NCBI GenBank assembly: GCA_903937035.1
Contig: CAIZXS010000012.1
Location: forward strand, 18,314 to 82,313
DNA: 64,000 nt
Source of the DNA: an uncultured bacterium
Lineage (GTDB): Bacteria > Patescibacteriota > Minisyncoccia > Moranbacterales > UBA2206
Reading direction: 5' to 3'
The notes beneath the pieces are model-generated. The model ran no database searches and was not told where the DNA came from. It saw only the letters and a list, made by a program, of their open reading frames with translations. Positions 49,439 to 59,470 of this stretch are shown here, piece after piece; the first letter of the stretch is position 1; each line of letters opens with the position of its first letter. The translations under genes were made by a program, and so were the position numbers.

Positions 49439-51532
49439 TCACTCTAAATGTACATCCTTCGCGAATTTTTCCAAGGCTTTTGCGATAAGTGGGTGTTTTT
49501 TTAGTTTTGAGTCTGTCTTGAAAATATTCTGGGCTTCCGCGCGAGCGAGTTTAATTAATTTTAAATTGTTGAGATTTTCCATAGCAATATCAGAAAATCC
49601 CGATTGGGATTTTCCGAGCAGTTGTCCCGGGCCGCGCAGTTTCAAATCAATTTCGGAAAGTTCAAATCCGTCATTGCTTTTTTCCATTGCGCGCATGCGT
49701 TCTAGCGCGGTTTTGGTAGCTGAGTCAGTGAAAAGAAAGCAATATGACTGGTGCTCTCCACGACCGACGCGGCCACGGAATTGGTGGAGTTGGGAAAGAC
49801 CAAAGCGGTCGGAATTTTCGATGAGCATGATTGTGGCATTGGGGATGTCGATGCCAACTTCGACGACCGAAGTGGAAACCAGAATTTGACTTTTTTTATC
49901 CTTGAAATCTTGCATTACTGTTTCTTTTTCTTTAGATTTGAGTCGGCCATGCAGTAGTCCCAAGTGATATTCAGGAAAAATTTCAGAAAGTTTTTTGTGC
50001 TCTTCGGTGACTGCTTTGACTTCTGTGAGCACTTTGGATTCTTCGACTAGTGGCAAAATAACGAAGACTTGGCGGCCGGCATCAATTTCTTTGCGCATAA
50101 AAGCATAAATCTGATCTCTTTGCGCAGGGAGGACAATTCTGGTGATGATTGGTTTTCTATTTTTAGGCATCTCGTCCAAAATGGATAAATCGAGACTGCC
50201 AAAAAAAGCAATTGCCAAGGTGCGCGGAATTGGCGTCGCGGTCATAGTGAGGAGGTGGGGGATGGTTTTCTTTTTTCCATCTTTGAGTTGCATGGTTTCT
50301 TTTTGCAACTCGGATCTTTGGGCGACGCCAAAGCGATGCTGCTCGTCAATAATTACTAGCGCAAGATTTTTGAAATTAACATCTTTTTGGATAATGGCGT
50401 GTGTACCGATGACTAGGTTTATTTCTCCATTTTCAATTTGCCCTAGCATTTGATCGCGCGTAATCTTTTGCGCCTTTGGTTCCCAACTTTGAAAAATTAA
50501 TTTATAGGAACTGGTGAGTAGCGCAATTTTGAAATCATATGCGGAAAATAGTTTGCAAAAACTTTCAAAGTGTTGGAGTGCGAGCACTTCAGTGGGAGCA
50601 AGGATGGCGACTTGATGTTTTTGGGAAAGCACACTAAGCGTGGAAATAGCTGCTACAACTGTCTTTCCTGCGCCCACATCGCCGTTCAAAAGGCGATTCA
50701 TCGGACTCGTTTTTTCTAGGTCTCTTAGGATTTCAAAAGAAGATTTATGTTGAGCTCCAGTTAGTTTGAAGGGAAGATTTTCAATGAATTTATTGATCAG
50801 TTTCTCGTCAAGCAAAAGATTGGTCGCGCTTTGCGCTTCCCAGGTATTTTTCACTCGCAGTGTTTTTATCTGCATCAAAAACATTTCGCGAAAAGCAAAA
50901 GTTTTTTGGGCGATAAGGAGCTTTTCTTGATTTTCTGGAAAATGGATCTGCCCGAGTGCAGAAATTAAAGAGTAGAGATGAAATTTTTTGCGAAGTTCTT
51001 CTGGCACAAAATCTTCCAACTGAGTGATATTTGCAAAAAACGTTTTCATCTGCCAACGGATCCACTTGGAGGTGAGACCAGGAGTTTCGCTGTAGATTGG
51101 CACAAGTTGTCCTGTGTTAGTTTTTTCGCGCGAGGCCCTTTCCCAAGCAGGATTGGAAAGTGTGAAATATTTTCCCATGCGACTGAGTTTTCCTGATAGA
51201 CGAACTTCGCTGCCAATCGGCAGAGATTCGAGCATGAAAGGTTGGTTGAACCAAACCGCTTTCAGGGGGGTTTGATTTTCATCTTCTAGATAAACTTCCG
51301 CAATGGTCATTTTGCGACGAAAAATACGATTTAGCTTTGTTTTCATGACGACAGCTGAGACAGTGACTACTGAATTTAGATGTTCATCGGAAAGCGCGAC
51401 CGTTTGGGAAAAGTCGTCATAACGAAAGGGTAGGTAGAACAAAAAATCTTGCACGGTAAAAAGCCCCAGCTTCTCCAGGATTTTAATATACTTCGGAGTG
51501 ATTTTGGGAATATTTTTGAGAAGAGTGTTCAT
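49439..51532 (-). CDS. recG: ATP-dependent DNA helicase RecG
   Basis: GDVGAGKT, DEQH, TATPIPR, QFRGRVGR; ATG at 51532 (the longer ORF runs into the tRNA). Confidence 0.97.
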   Translation of the reverse strand: MNTLLKNIPKITPKYIKILEKLGLFTVQDFLFYLPFRYDDFSQTVALSDEHLNSVVTVSAVVMKTKLNRIFRRKMTIAEVYLEDENQTPLKAVWFNQPFMLESLPIGSEVRLSGKLSRMGKYFTLSNPAWERASREKTNTGQLVPIYSETPGLTSKWIRWQMKTFFANITQLEDFVPEELRKKFHLYSLISALGQIHFPENQEKLLIAQKTFAFREMFLMQIKTLRVKNTWEAQSATNLLLDEKLINKFIENLPFKLTGAQHKSSFEILRDLEKTSPMNRLLNGDVGAGKTVVAAISTLSVLSQKHQVAILAPTEVLALQHFESFCKLFSAYDFKIALLTSSYKLIFQSWEPKAQKITRDQMLGQIENGEINLVIGTHAIIQKDVNFKNLALVIIDEQHRFGVAQRSELQKETMQLKDGKKKTIPHLLTMTATPIPRTLAIAFFGSLDLSILDEMPKNRKPIITRIVLPAQRDQIYAFMRKEIDAGRQVFVILPLVEESKVLTEVKAVTEEHKKLSEIFPEYHLGLLHGRLKSKEKETVMQDFKDKKSQILVSTSVVEVGIDIPNATIMLIENSDRFGLSQLHQFRGRVGRGEHQSYCFLFTDSATKTALERMRAMEKSNDGFELSEIDLKLRGPGQLLGKSQSGFSDIAMENLNNLKLIKLARAEAQNIFKTDSKLKKHPLIAKALEKFAKDVHLE

Positions 51533-51569
51533 TTGTGCGCTTAGCAGGAATTTCACCCCACACCAAATT
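51531..51569 (-). repeat. Duplicated tRNA-Arg(GCG) 3' end next to a CCCCACACCAAATT arm
   Basis: 51531-51551 matches 51579-51599 at 19/21; arm at 51556-51569. Confidence 0.8.
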
Positions 51570-51583
51570 GTATGGGATATTTG

Positions 51584-51656
51584 TGTCCTTAGCAGGAATC
51601 GAACCTGCGACCTTCTGGACCGCAACCAGACGCTCTATCCACTGAGCTATAAGGAC
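51584..51656 (-). tRNA. tRNA-Arg(GCG)
   Basis: Cloverleaf; tctgg-ttgcggt-ccaga. Confidence 0.93.
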
Positions 51657-51718
51657 GTACGATAAAAAAGCGACAACCTATGCTTTTTAACACATAAAAA
51701 AGAAAAAAGCAATATTTT

Positions 51719-52309
51719 TTATATTCCCAAAAATCTTTCCAATAGCTCCGCTGCGTTATGTTCTTGTTTTATTTCCGGGATGTATTCGAGTAATATTCGA
51801 CGGATCTCAACAGGATCCTCCTTGTTGATTGGAATATGTACAAAAGGCGTTAGGTAACTTTTTATGTGCAAACTGATTACTTTTTTATATTCCGGATCAT
51901 AAAAAATCCAAAAAGAACGAATATTTTCAAATTCGTATATTTCCTTGCCGGCTAGTATCCCCTCGGGTACGATTTGAAAATTGAGAATGCGCGGCTCTTT
52001 ATTGAGGTGCATGTAAGCAACAATCCCGATGAGAACAAAAACGATAGCCATTATGGGGTTATTGGTAAATGTGGCATAGATAATAATTGCGAGAAGGACG
52101 AGTGCAGCGTAAGAAAGGCGTTTTTTATTTTGTTCAACCATATCAAATTCTGGTGCACTCCAAGATAAATGTGAGTCCTGGGAGTGTTGCTCCAAGAGTT
52201 CTGTGTTATGGGGGGGAGGAAGCATTTCCGGTTCTTCCCAGTTTTTTTCTAGAAGTAATTCTTCCTCGGCGTTATTCTTGGGATGTTGTTTGTGATTTTC
52301 GATATACAT
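51719..52309 (-). CDS. Conserved hypothetical membrane protein (two TMs plus a soluble domain)
   Basis: WSAPEF, two TMs, SFWIFY. Confidence 0.75.
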   Translation of the reverse strand: MYIENHKQHPKNNAEEELLLEKNWEEPEMLPPPHNTELLEQHSQDSHLSWSAPEFDMVEQNKKRLSYAALVLLAIIIYATFTNNPIMAIVFVLIGIVAYMHLNKEPRILNFQIVPEGILAGKEIYEFENIRSFWIFYDPEYKKVISLHIKSYLTPFVHIPINKEDPVEIRRILLEYIPEIKQEHNAAELLERFLGI

Positions 52310-52524
52310 TATTTTTTTGGGTAAATTTCTAACTCTAACTTACTCCATATTAGCATATTGAACTTGAAAGGACAAAAGTTTGTAAGATTGTAGGGAGGAG
52401 AGAATTATAATAGAATTTGAATTTCTCTCTACATATTAGTAAAAAGAAAAAATAGAGTGTTCTTTGATAGGGTTTACAAATACTGGTCCAGCTGGTAGTA
52501 TTTAAAAGTTAGGTTTAGGATATT

Positions 52525-52616
<92 letters not shown>

Positions 52617-52792
52617 AACGAAGTGAATAAGGAGAGGAGCAAGCCAACTGCTTGGCTTGCGTGAGGGATTTGAAAGACGGAGCGCGGCGGCGCGTTGAAA
52701 AGTAATAATATTACTTTTCAAGGGTCGAGCAAATTTTTAGCAAAAAATTATGCGTGACCAAATCTTCATTTTGTTCTCAATCTTAGTATACT

Positions 52793-52879
52793 GGAGAGAT
52801 GGCCGAGTGGTTTAAGGCAACAGTCTTGAAAACTGTCGTACTGTTAAAGGTACCGTGAGTTCGAATCTCACTCTCTCCG
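52793..52879 (+). tRNA. tRNA-Ser(TGA)
   Basis: acagt-cttgaaa-actgt, long variable arm. Confidence 0.95.
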
Positions 52880-52925
52880 CCTTCGCTAAAGCTTCGACGG
52901 ATAAATCCGCAGTCTTAAATCTATT

Positions 52926-52999
52926 CGGGGTGTAGTATAGTGGTAGTACGCAAGGCTGGGGGTCTTGTAGTCGGAGTTCAATTCTCCGCACCCCGACCA
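52926..52999 (+). tRNA. tRNA-Pro(GGG)
   Basis: caagg-ctggggg-tcttg, encoded CCA. Confidence 0.93.
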
Positions 53000-53001
53000 G
53001 T

Positions 53002-53805
53002 CTAAATCTTTTGCCTGGCAATAATTGCACCAAAGACTTCTTTTGCTCCTGAATCTTTGAGGATTTTCGCGCATTCAAAAAGTGTTGCTCCGGTCGTAGC
53101 GATATCATCTATGAGTAGGATTCTTTTGCCCCTAAGAGCTTCTTTCGCTTGCGATGGAACGCTGAATGCGCCGTGAAGATTACTTAGTCTTTCTTGATAG
53201 GATTTGATTTTCATTTGCGTTTTAGTTTTTTTTCGGCGAAAAACTAAATCGGTACGAACCGATAGCGGGAGGCCTGGCGTCAAACTTTGGCCTATGAAAT
53301 TAGCAAGAATTTCTGCTTGATTGAAACCGCGCCATTTCAGCTTGTGTCTATGAATTGGAGTGGGGATTATGAGATCCGGCAGGGGGAGATCGTTTTTCTG
53401 CAAAGCTCTGGTGATGATTTTTCCCAGTGGCTGTCCGAGGTCGGAAACGAAATTGTATTTAAATAAATGAACAAATTTGGCAATTTTTTGGTAATCGGTG
53501 GCGCAAACTAGGGCGCTTAAAGATAATAAGGAATTTTTTTCAAATTGATGTTTGCGACATTTTTCACATACAACGCCAGCTTGCGTGATCTCTTTTTCAC
53601 AATAGGGGCAAAGTTGGAAGGAGAGAAGTGGAAAATTTTTCACACATCTCGAACAAAGCCAAGTATTTTTTTTCCGACAAATCAAACACGAGATGGGGAA
53701 AAGCGCATCAAGAAAGAAAGTATTTACTTTTTTTAAGAAGGATGATGGCTTTTGGATATTTTTGATTTTAGTTTTTTGACTTTTTATCCAGTTTATTTTT
53801 TTCAA
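53002..53805 (-). CDS. comF: ComF-family competence protein (double Zn ribbon plus PRTase)
   Basis: Four CxxC motifs, RGFNQAE, LLIDDIATTGAT; exact start uncertain. Confidence 0.92.
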   Translation of the reverse strand: MKKINWIKSQKTKIKNIQKPSSFLKKVNTFFLDALFPISCLICRKKNTWLCSRCVKNFPLLSFQLCPYCEKEITQAGVVCEKCRKHQFEKNSLLSLSALVCATDYQKIAKFVHLFKYNFVSDLGQPLGKIITRALQKNDLPLPDLIIPTPIHRHKLKWRGFNQAEILANFIGQSLTPGLPLSVRTDLVFRRKKTKTQMKIKSYQERLSNLHGAFSVPSQAKEALRGKRILLIDDIATTGATLFECAKILKDSGAKEVFGAIIARQKI

Positions 53806-53874
53806 TGTTAATTGTCAACAAAGCAGGTTTATGTTAAAATATTGGAGTATATATAATCTACTAATAAACAAAAA

Positions 53875-56163
53875 ATGAACAATAAAAAAACAAGGAACAA
53901 TAAAAAAACAATTAAGTTGATACTCGCTAGTATTCTAACAGTTTTTGGATTGGCTTTTTGCATTTCTCAATCCAAGGCTGCTAGTACTTCGCTACCGGCA
54001 CCAGTCAATTCGATTACGGTTGCCACCGTCAATATATATGATGCGAAGATGGTGTCACAGGAGAAAAATAGATTGAAGATATCCTTTGATCTTTCTAATC
54101 GGGAACTGGTACAGCCGGATGTGCATTATGCCGTTCAGCTTATGAAGAAGGATGTAAATACTTTGTCGGTAGTGGATGAAAAAATATATCCCGAAACGAT
54201 TAATCTTGGCAAAAATGAAACACTCAAGAAAGAAATCGAATATCTCGCCCCGCAATATCTAAATGGAAAGTTTCGACTTTGGCTTGTAGCAAAAAATGCA
54301 AGTGGTATGAATTTTTCTAGTGCTAATTTGGGAGAAATAACACTTGCAGGGGATAATCAATATGTGGGGATAGACACTGCTACCTGTTATCTTAAGGTGG
54401 TCGGAGAATCAGGGGATAAAAAATATAACCCAAGGCAGGGGGTAGATATTAGTAGCGAAGAAAAGTTAATTGCTACTTGTGATGCAATGAATTATTCCGA
54501 TACAAGTCTCACTCTTACCCCCCAGATTAAAACTTACTGGCGTTCTACTTTTGGAAAATTAGTTGAAGATAATAAGGAGCCTCAGACAGTCCTGTCCTTT
54601 GAAGCAAAAAAGCAAAAAACAATTTCCATTACATTACCAAAGGCTAGTCTCCCGCAAGCTTATGACGCGGTTTTGGAGTTGGTAGATAATCGAAAAAAAG
54701 TTCTTTCCACTCCTGTGGCTTTTCACTATGTCTTACAAGGAGCTAGCGCGACTATTCAGAGCTTTATTATGGACAAAGCTGCCTATCAAAAAGGGGAGAC
54801 AGCTAAGGCATCTTTCTTTTGGACTCCTTCCGCAGACATTTTTCCTGATTCTCGCGCTGGTCTTTACAGCGAGAAGATGGCTATGACGATGCAGATTGAA
54901 ATTAAAAATAGCAAAGGCGCAAATTGTATTAGCCCAACGAATGAGGCTCTGGACGCAACAAAAAATGCTCTGAATTTCAGCTATCCAATAATTACTGAAT
55001 GTAACGAACCAAAAATTGCAATCAGTATCAAGGATGCTAAAGGCAATATTTTAGACAAAAAGGAGTATTCATTGGAAGCTCAAGCTCAGAAAGCAGTTGT
55101 AGAAAAACTGGGAACTGCAAAAACGGAAAAAAGCTTATTGACCTACGTGATTATTCTAGTCGTGGTACTCTTGATTATTTCTTTCGGCCTGATTTATTTT
55201 AAAAAGAATAATGGTAATGGTGGGGATATAACAAAACTGACTATTTTTTTAATTCTATTGGCAGGGGGATTGTTTTTGTCTGCTAGTGGAGTGCGAGCGG
55301 ATACATGGACAGCTTATGTTGCTGGAACAGTCAAGGGTTCTGGTGAGCCAACAGATATACCGATTAATTTTGATGTGAGTTTGAATAAAGCTGTGTATGC
55401 GCCAAATGAGGAGATTAAAGTCAGTGGAACGGCAATGTCTTTTATTTGTGCTAATAGCTCTAATGTAAATATTGAGCTAACTGGAGAAACGAATGGTAGT
55501 GAAAAAACATTGATTCCAAGAAGTATGTATGGTTATTCTGGGACAGTCTATATTAACGGTGGCGATCCTGTTATTTTTCAAGCGCCATCTGTTCCAGGCA
55601 CATATAAAATGCACTATGCAGGCGAGGTTGGTTATCATTCGACGCCAACTGAGCATGATACCTATTATACTGTCGTCGATCCTTGCGTTCAATCATGTTC
55701 AGGCGATGCTAGTTGTAAAGCGACTCAACCTGGCTTCTCAACCGAAGTTACCACAGCAGGAACGAAATGTTGCACTACTGGTGAAAAATGCTACAACTGC
55801 ATAGCTCCACGGATCTGGGATTCGTTGAGTGGAACTTGCAAAGATCCATCTTGTGTTCAATCATGTTCAGGCGATGCTAGTTGTAAAGCGACTCAACCTG
55901 GCTTCTCAACCGAAGTTACCACAGCAGGAACGAAATGTTGCACTACTGGTGAAAAATGCTACAACTGTATAGCTCCAAAGGTTTGGGATTCGTTGAGCGG
56001 AGCCTGTAAGGACCCATGCACACCTGGTAATTGTACTGGCAGCTGTTCACTTCCATGCAGTCCTGGAATTTGTGGATATCAGACTCCAACGTGCTCCAAT
56101 TCTTGTCAGACATGTCCTCAAACATACTGTGGTTCTTGTAGCTCTGGTTGGCAAGAAAAATAG
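53875..56163 (+). CDS. Exported/membrane protein with a Cys-rich repeated C-terminus
   Basis: Signal peptide, central TM pair, two 56-aa Cys-rich repeats. Confidence 0.85.
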   Translation: MNNKKTRNNKKTIKLILASILTVFGLAFCISQSKAASTSLPAPVNSITVATVNIYDAKMVSQEKNRLKISFDLSNRELVQPDVHYAVQLMKKDVNTLSVVDEKIYPETINLGKNETLKKEIEYLAPQYLNGKFRLWLVAKNASGMNFSSANLGEITLAGDNQYVGIDTATCYLKVVGESGDKKYNPRQGVDISSEEKLIATCDAMNYSDTSLTLTPQIKTYWRSTFGKLVEDNKEPQTVLSFEAKKQKTISITLPKASLPQAYDAVLELVDNRKKVLSTPVAFHYVLQGASATIQSFIMDKAAYQKGETAKASFFWTPSADIFPDSRAGLYSEKMAMTMQIEIKNSKGANCISPTNEALDATKNALNFSYPIITECNEPKIAISIKDAKGNILDKKEYSLEAQAQKAVVEKLGTAKTEKSLLTYVIILVVVLLIISFGLIYFKKNNGNGGDITKLTIFLILLAGGLFLSASGVRADTWTAYVAGTVKGSGEPTDIPINFDVSLNKAVYAPNEEIKVSGTAMSFICANSSNVNIELTGETNGSEKTLIPRSMYGYSGTVYINGGDPVIFQAPSVPGTYKMHYAGEVGYHSTPTEHDTYYTVVDPCVQSCSGDASCKATQPGFSTEVTTAGTKCCTTGEKCYNCIAPRIWDSLSGTCKDPSCVQSCSGDASCKATQPGFSTEVTTAGTKCCTTGEKCYNCIAPKVWDSLSGACKDPCTPGNCTGSCSLPCSPGICGYQTPTCSNSCQTCPQTYCGSCSSGWQEK
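55684..56016 (+). repeat. Near-identical 168-bp coding tandem duplication
   Basis: Units start at 55684 and 55852. Confidence 0.95.
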
Positions 56164-56374
56164 CAACGTACCTTGTGGAAAAATCTCAGTTTCTGACTAG
56201 CTGCTTATTTCGATGAAATGAGAAATAGACAAGAAGCATCCGATTCTTTTGGATGTTTTTTGTTTGCGAAAAGCATTTGATAAACTTGGGTTAATGCTGT
56301 AAAATTAGGATAGAATTAAAATATTATTTATTCTTGCTAGCTGGCAATGTGCCAATTAGTAAAAAAAATGAATT

Positions 56375-58279
56375 ATGTCTCTTAATGAAATACAAAACGA
56401 ACTATATAAGAAGGAGCCAAGCAAGGAATTGCTGCAACATGAAAAAAGTGAATTTGATGCAAGCTCGATAGTCTTTTCTTCCCCTGAAAAAAGCGGACTG
56501 CCCAAAGATGAATGGTTGGAAAAAGAGGATGTGATTGAAAAGGAAGATAAAAAGATTGTAAAAAAGGGAGCGCTTATCGTGGGCGGATTGCTCTTAGTGA
56601 TTGCAGTTGTGGTGGGATTCTATAAGATAAAGCAATCTTTTTTCAACGCTGATCGGCTTTCTGTCTCCTTGGAAGGACCGGCAGAAGTTAAGAGTGGCAA
56701 TCTAGTTACCTATGAAATAAAATATAAAAATGACAACCGCGCTGATCTGAAAAATGTCACGCTGAAGATGACTTATCCCGAGGATTTTAAGCCTGAAGGG
56801 AATGCTGATTTCAAGAGCGAGGGCACAATGGTTAGTGTGCTGAAATTTGCCGACATCAAGGGGCAGAGCGAAGGAAAGATAGTTTTTAATGGACGAACCT
56901 ACAGTCCCAAGGGGAACTTGATTAAGATTAAAGCGGAAATTTCCTATATGCCGTCAACAGTCAGTACGACTTTTGTGGTGGGGGATCAATTGTCAATTGG
57001 TGTTATTTCAGCTCCAATAGCCCTTGAGGTAACGGCGCCACAAAATATTTCGGCTAATGACGAAGTAAATTATTTGATTAATTATAAGAATGAAGGCGTA
57101 GAGAATTTTGAAAATATCCGGGTTAAAATTGATTATCCTGAACAGTTCACGTTTACCAGCTCTGATCCTAAAGTGTTTGAAGGAAATAATATTTGGTATA
57201 TCGGTAGCCTGCCTGGTGGGCAAAGTGGAAAAATTGTAGTGGCCGGAAGAATGTCTGGCAATCGGGATGAGGTTAAGTTGGCCAAAGTAACAATCGGTGC
57301 GAATAATAATAGTGTATTTGTCAGCTATAACGAAGAGAGTGCTAGGACAAAAATAATATCCTCACCGCTAGTAATCAAGCAGACAGTCAATGGCTTGGAT
57401 AATCTAACTGCAAATGCTGGTGATAATTTGCGATTCAAGATAGATTATAAAAACGAAGGACCGTTGGGACTTCGTGATGTAATCGTGACCGAACATATCG
57501 ATAGTACGGTTTTAGATTATTCAACATTGGACACGGATGGAGGGGCATATGATGCTAACAGTAAAACAATCACTTGGAAGGCCTCGGATCATAAAGAATT
57601 AAAAAATCTTGCTTCGGGCCAGGGTGGTACAATATCATTCATAATAAATATCAAAGGGGTTATTCCTGTGGCAAGCGGTAATGATAAAAATTTTGTTATT
57701 TCCAGTTTGGCAAAAATTGATAGTCCTGACATTTCAACACCTATTAGCATGAATAAGGTTATCTCTGGGAATAAGATGGATACTAAGCTTAATTCCAAGT
57801 TAGTCTTGGATGTGAAGGGTTACTACAATGATGCCAAAATTCCCAATACTGGACCAGTCCCGCCTAAAGTCTCACAAGAATCAACCTATACCATGCATTT
57901 CATCGCATCGAACGTTTCCAATGATATTGAAGGCGCAAAGGTGGAAGCGGTTCTACCTACATCAGTCAGTGTGACGGGAAAATTTTTCCCTGAAGGATCT
58001 CCAATATTTTATAACGAAAGAACTAATTCTATTGTATGGAATATTGGCAATTTAGAGGCCGGTGCCGGAATAGTGTCTCCAGGGAAAGAAGTAGCCTTTC
58101 AGGTGAAAATCAAACCTTCTGTCGACCAGGTTGGGCAAGAAGCGCCACTACTCAATGAATCTGTTTTTTCCGCTAAGGATCTATTTACAGGAGAGAATAT
58201 ATCTGCTAAGGTTCCAGGTAAAAGCACGCGACTCTATGAGGATGATGGTTTAGTGGGAAGTTATAGGGTATCCAATTAA
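56375..58279 (+). CDS. Membrane-anchored protein with tandem DUF11/Ig-like domains
   Basis: TM followed by repeated G..VTY.I.YKN.....L.NV modules. Confidence 0.8.
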   Translation: MSLNEIQNELYKKEPSKELLQHEKSEFDASSIVFSSPEKSGLPKDEWLEKEDVIEKEDKKIVKKGALIVGGLLLVIAVVVGFYKIKQSFFNADRLSVSLEGPAEVKSGNLVTYEIKYKNDNRADLKNVTLKMTYPEDFKPEGNADFKSEGTMVSVLKFADIKGQSEGKIVFNGRTYSPKGNLIKIKAEISYMPSTVSTTFVVGDQLSIGVISAPIALEVTAPQNISANDEVNYLINYKNEGVENFENIRVKIDYPEQFTFTSSDPKVFEGNNIWYIGSLPGGQSGKIVVAGRMSGNRDEVKLAKVTIGANNNSVFVSYNEESARTKIISSPLVIKQTVNGLDNLTANAGDNLRFKIDYKNEGPLGLRDVIVTEHIDSTVLDYSTLDTDGGAYDANSKTITWKASDHKELKNLASGQGGTISFIINIKGVIPVASGNDKNFVISSLAKIDSPDISTPISMNKVISGNKMDTKLNSKLVLDVKGYYNDAKIPNTGPVPPKVSQESTYTMHFIASNVSNDIEGAKVEAVLPTSVSVTGKFFPEGSPIFYNERTNSIVWNIGNLEAGAGIVSPGKEVAFQVKIKPSVDQVGQEAPLLNESVFSAKDLFTGENISAKVPGKSTRLYEDDGLVGSYRVSN

Positions 58280-59454
58280 TGTTCAGTCTAATAGCCAGAA
58301 AAAATACCGCGAGAAGCGGTCAAATTAAGACAAGAAACGGAGTAATTAATACCCCGTTTTTTATGCCTGACGCGACGCGTGGTTTTGTGAAATCGCTAGA
58401 TAGGGATGATTTGCTTGAAGCGGGCGTGGAACCGATGGTGGTGAATACCTATCATTTATACTTGCAACCCGGAACGGAACTTATTAAAAATGCCGGAGGC
58501 ATCCATCAATTCATGAATTGGCATGCGCCGCTTCTTTCTGACTCAGGCGGTTATCAAGTCTTTTCTTTGATTCATAAAAATCCCAAGATGGGAAAAATTA
58601 CTGATGAGGCTGTTATTTTCAAATCTCCCTTGGACGGATCAACGCATATAATTTCACCAGAAAAATCCATTCAAATTCAATTTGACCTGGGCGTTGACAT
58701 GATGGTGGTACTGGACGACGTGCCACCGAATAGTTACACAAAAGAAAAAATCAAAGACGCTGTCGAGCGGACTGTTCGTTGGGCAGCTCGTTGCAAGATT
58801 GAGTATAAAAAGCAATTAAAAAAGAGAAAAATATCAAAGGCAGATCGTCCATTAATTTTTGGTGTTATTCAAGGTGGAGGACATGCTGACCTGCGAAAAT
58901 ATTGCGCCGAAAAGCTTGTTGAGATTGGATTTGATGGATATGGCTTTGGCGCGCGGCACGTTGACACAGATGGAAATTTTATGGAAGACGTTGTGCGCGA
59001 GACCGCCAAGCTTATTCCGGAAAATTCTTTACGTTTTGCCTTGGGCGTTGGAACACCAGCTGATATTGTTAAGTTTACCAATTGTGGTTGGGATATGTTT
59101 GATTGTGTGATTCCAACAAGAGAGGGGAGACACGGACGGTTGTTTATAAGAAAGATTGCAGAGACGCAATTTATTGCGTCTAAAAAAACAAACAAAGACG
59201 CGATAAAGCGCGTCTCTACGATGGATGATGATTTCTATGAAACGATTAATATTAATAACGAAAAATTCAGAGAAGACTTTGGACCAGTGGACGCCGCTTG
59301 TGATTGCCAGCTTTGCAAGAATTATTCGCGAAGCTATCTTCGTCATCTCTTTGCCATGAAAGACCCAATCGCCATGCGACTCTCAGCAATTCATAATTTG
59401 AAATTCTATATGGATTTGATGGAAGACTTGCGGGCGGAGATTATAAATAAATGA
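58279..59454 (+). CDS. tgt: tRNA-guanine transglycosylase
   Basis: TPFFMP, NTYHL, DSGGYQVFSL, DMFDCVIPTR, CDCQLC..H Zn site. Confidence 0.97.
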   Translation: MFSLIARKNTARSGQIKTRNGVINTPFFMPDATRGFVKSLDRDDLLEAGVEPMVVNTYHLYLQPGTELIKNAGGIHQFMNWHAPLLSDSGGYQVFSLIHKNPKMGKITDEAVIFKSPLDGSTHIISPEKSIQIQFDLGVDMMVVLDDVPPNSYTKEKIKDAVERTVRWAARCKIEYKKQLKKRKISKADRPLIFGVIQGGGHADLRKYCAEKLVEIGFDGYGFGARHVDTDGNFMEDVVRETAKLIPENSLRFALGVGTPADIVKFTNCGWDMFDCVIPTREGRHGRLFIRKIAETQFIASKKTNKDAIKRVSTMDDDFYETININNEKFREDFGPVDAACDCQLCKNYSRSYLRHLFAMKDPIAMRLSAIHNLKFYMDLMEDLRAEIINK

Positions 59455-59470
59455 CATTTTTAAATTTAGT

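Noticed and set aside
51533-51625. N-terminal extension of RecG
   Set aside because: Overlaps tRNA-Arg(GCG) and the repeat
52812-53108. Minus-strand ORFs of 98 and 62 aa
   Set aside because: Antisense to tRNA-Ser and tRNA-Pro
55684-56016. Assembly artefact explanation for the 168-bp duplication
   Set aside because: The copies differ at several positions while keeping frame, consistent with a real recent duplication, although reads were not checked
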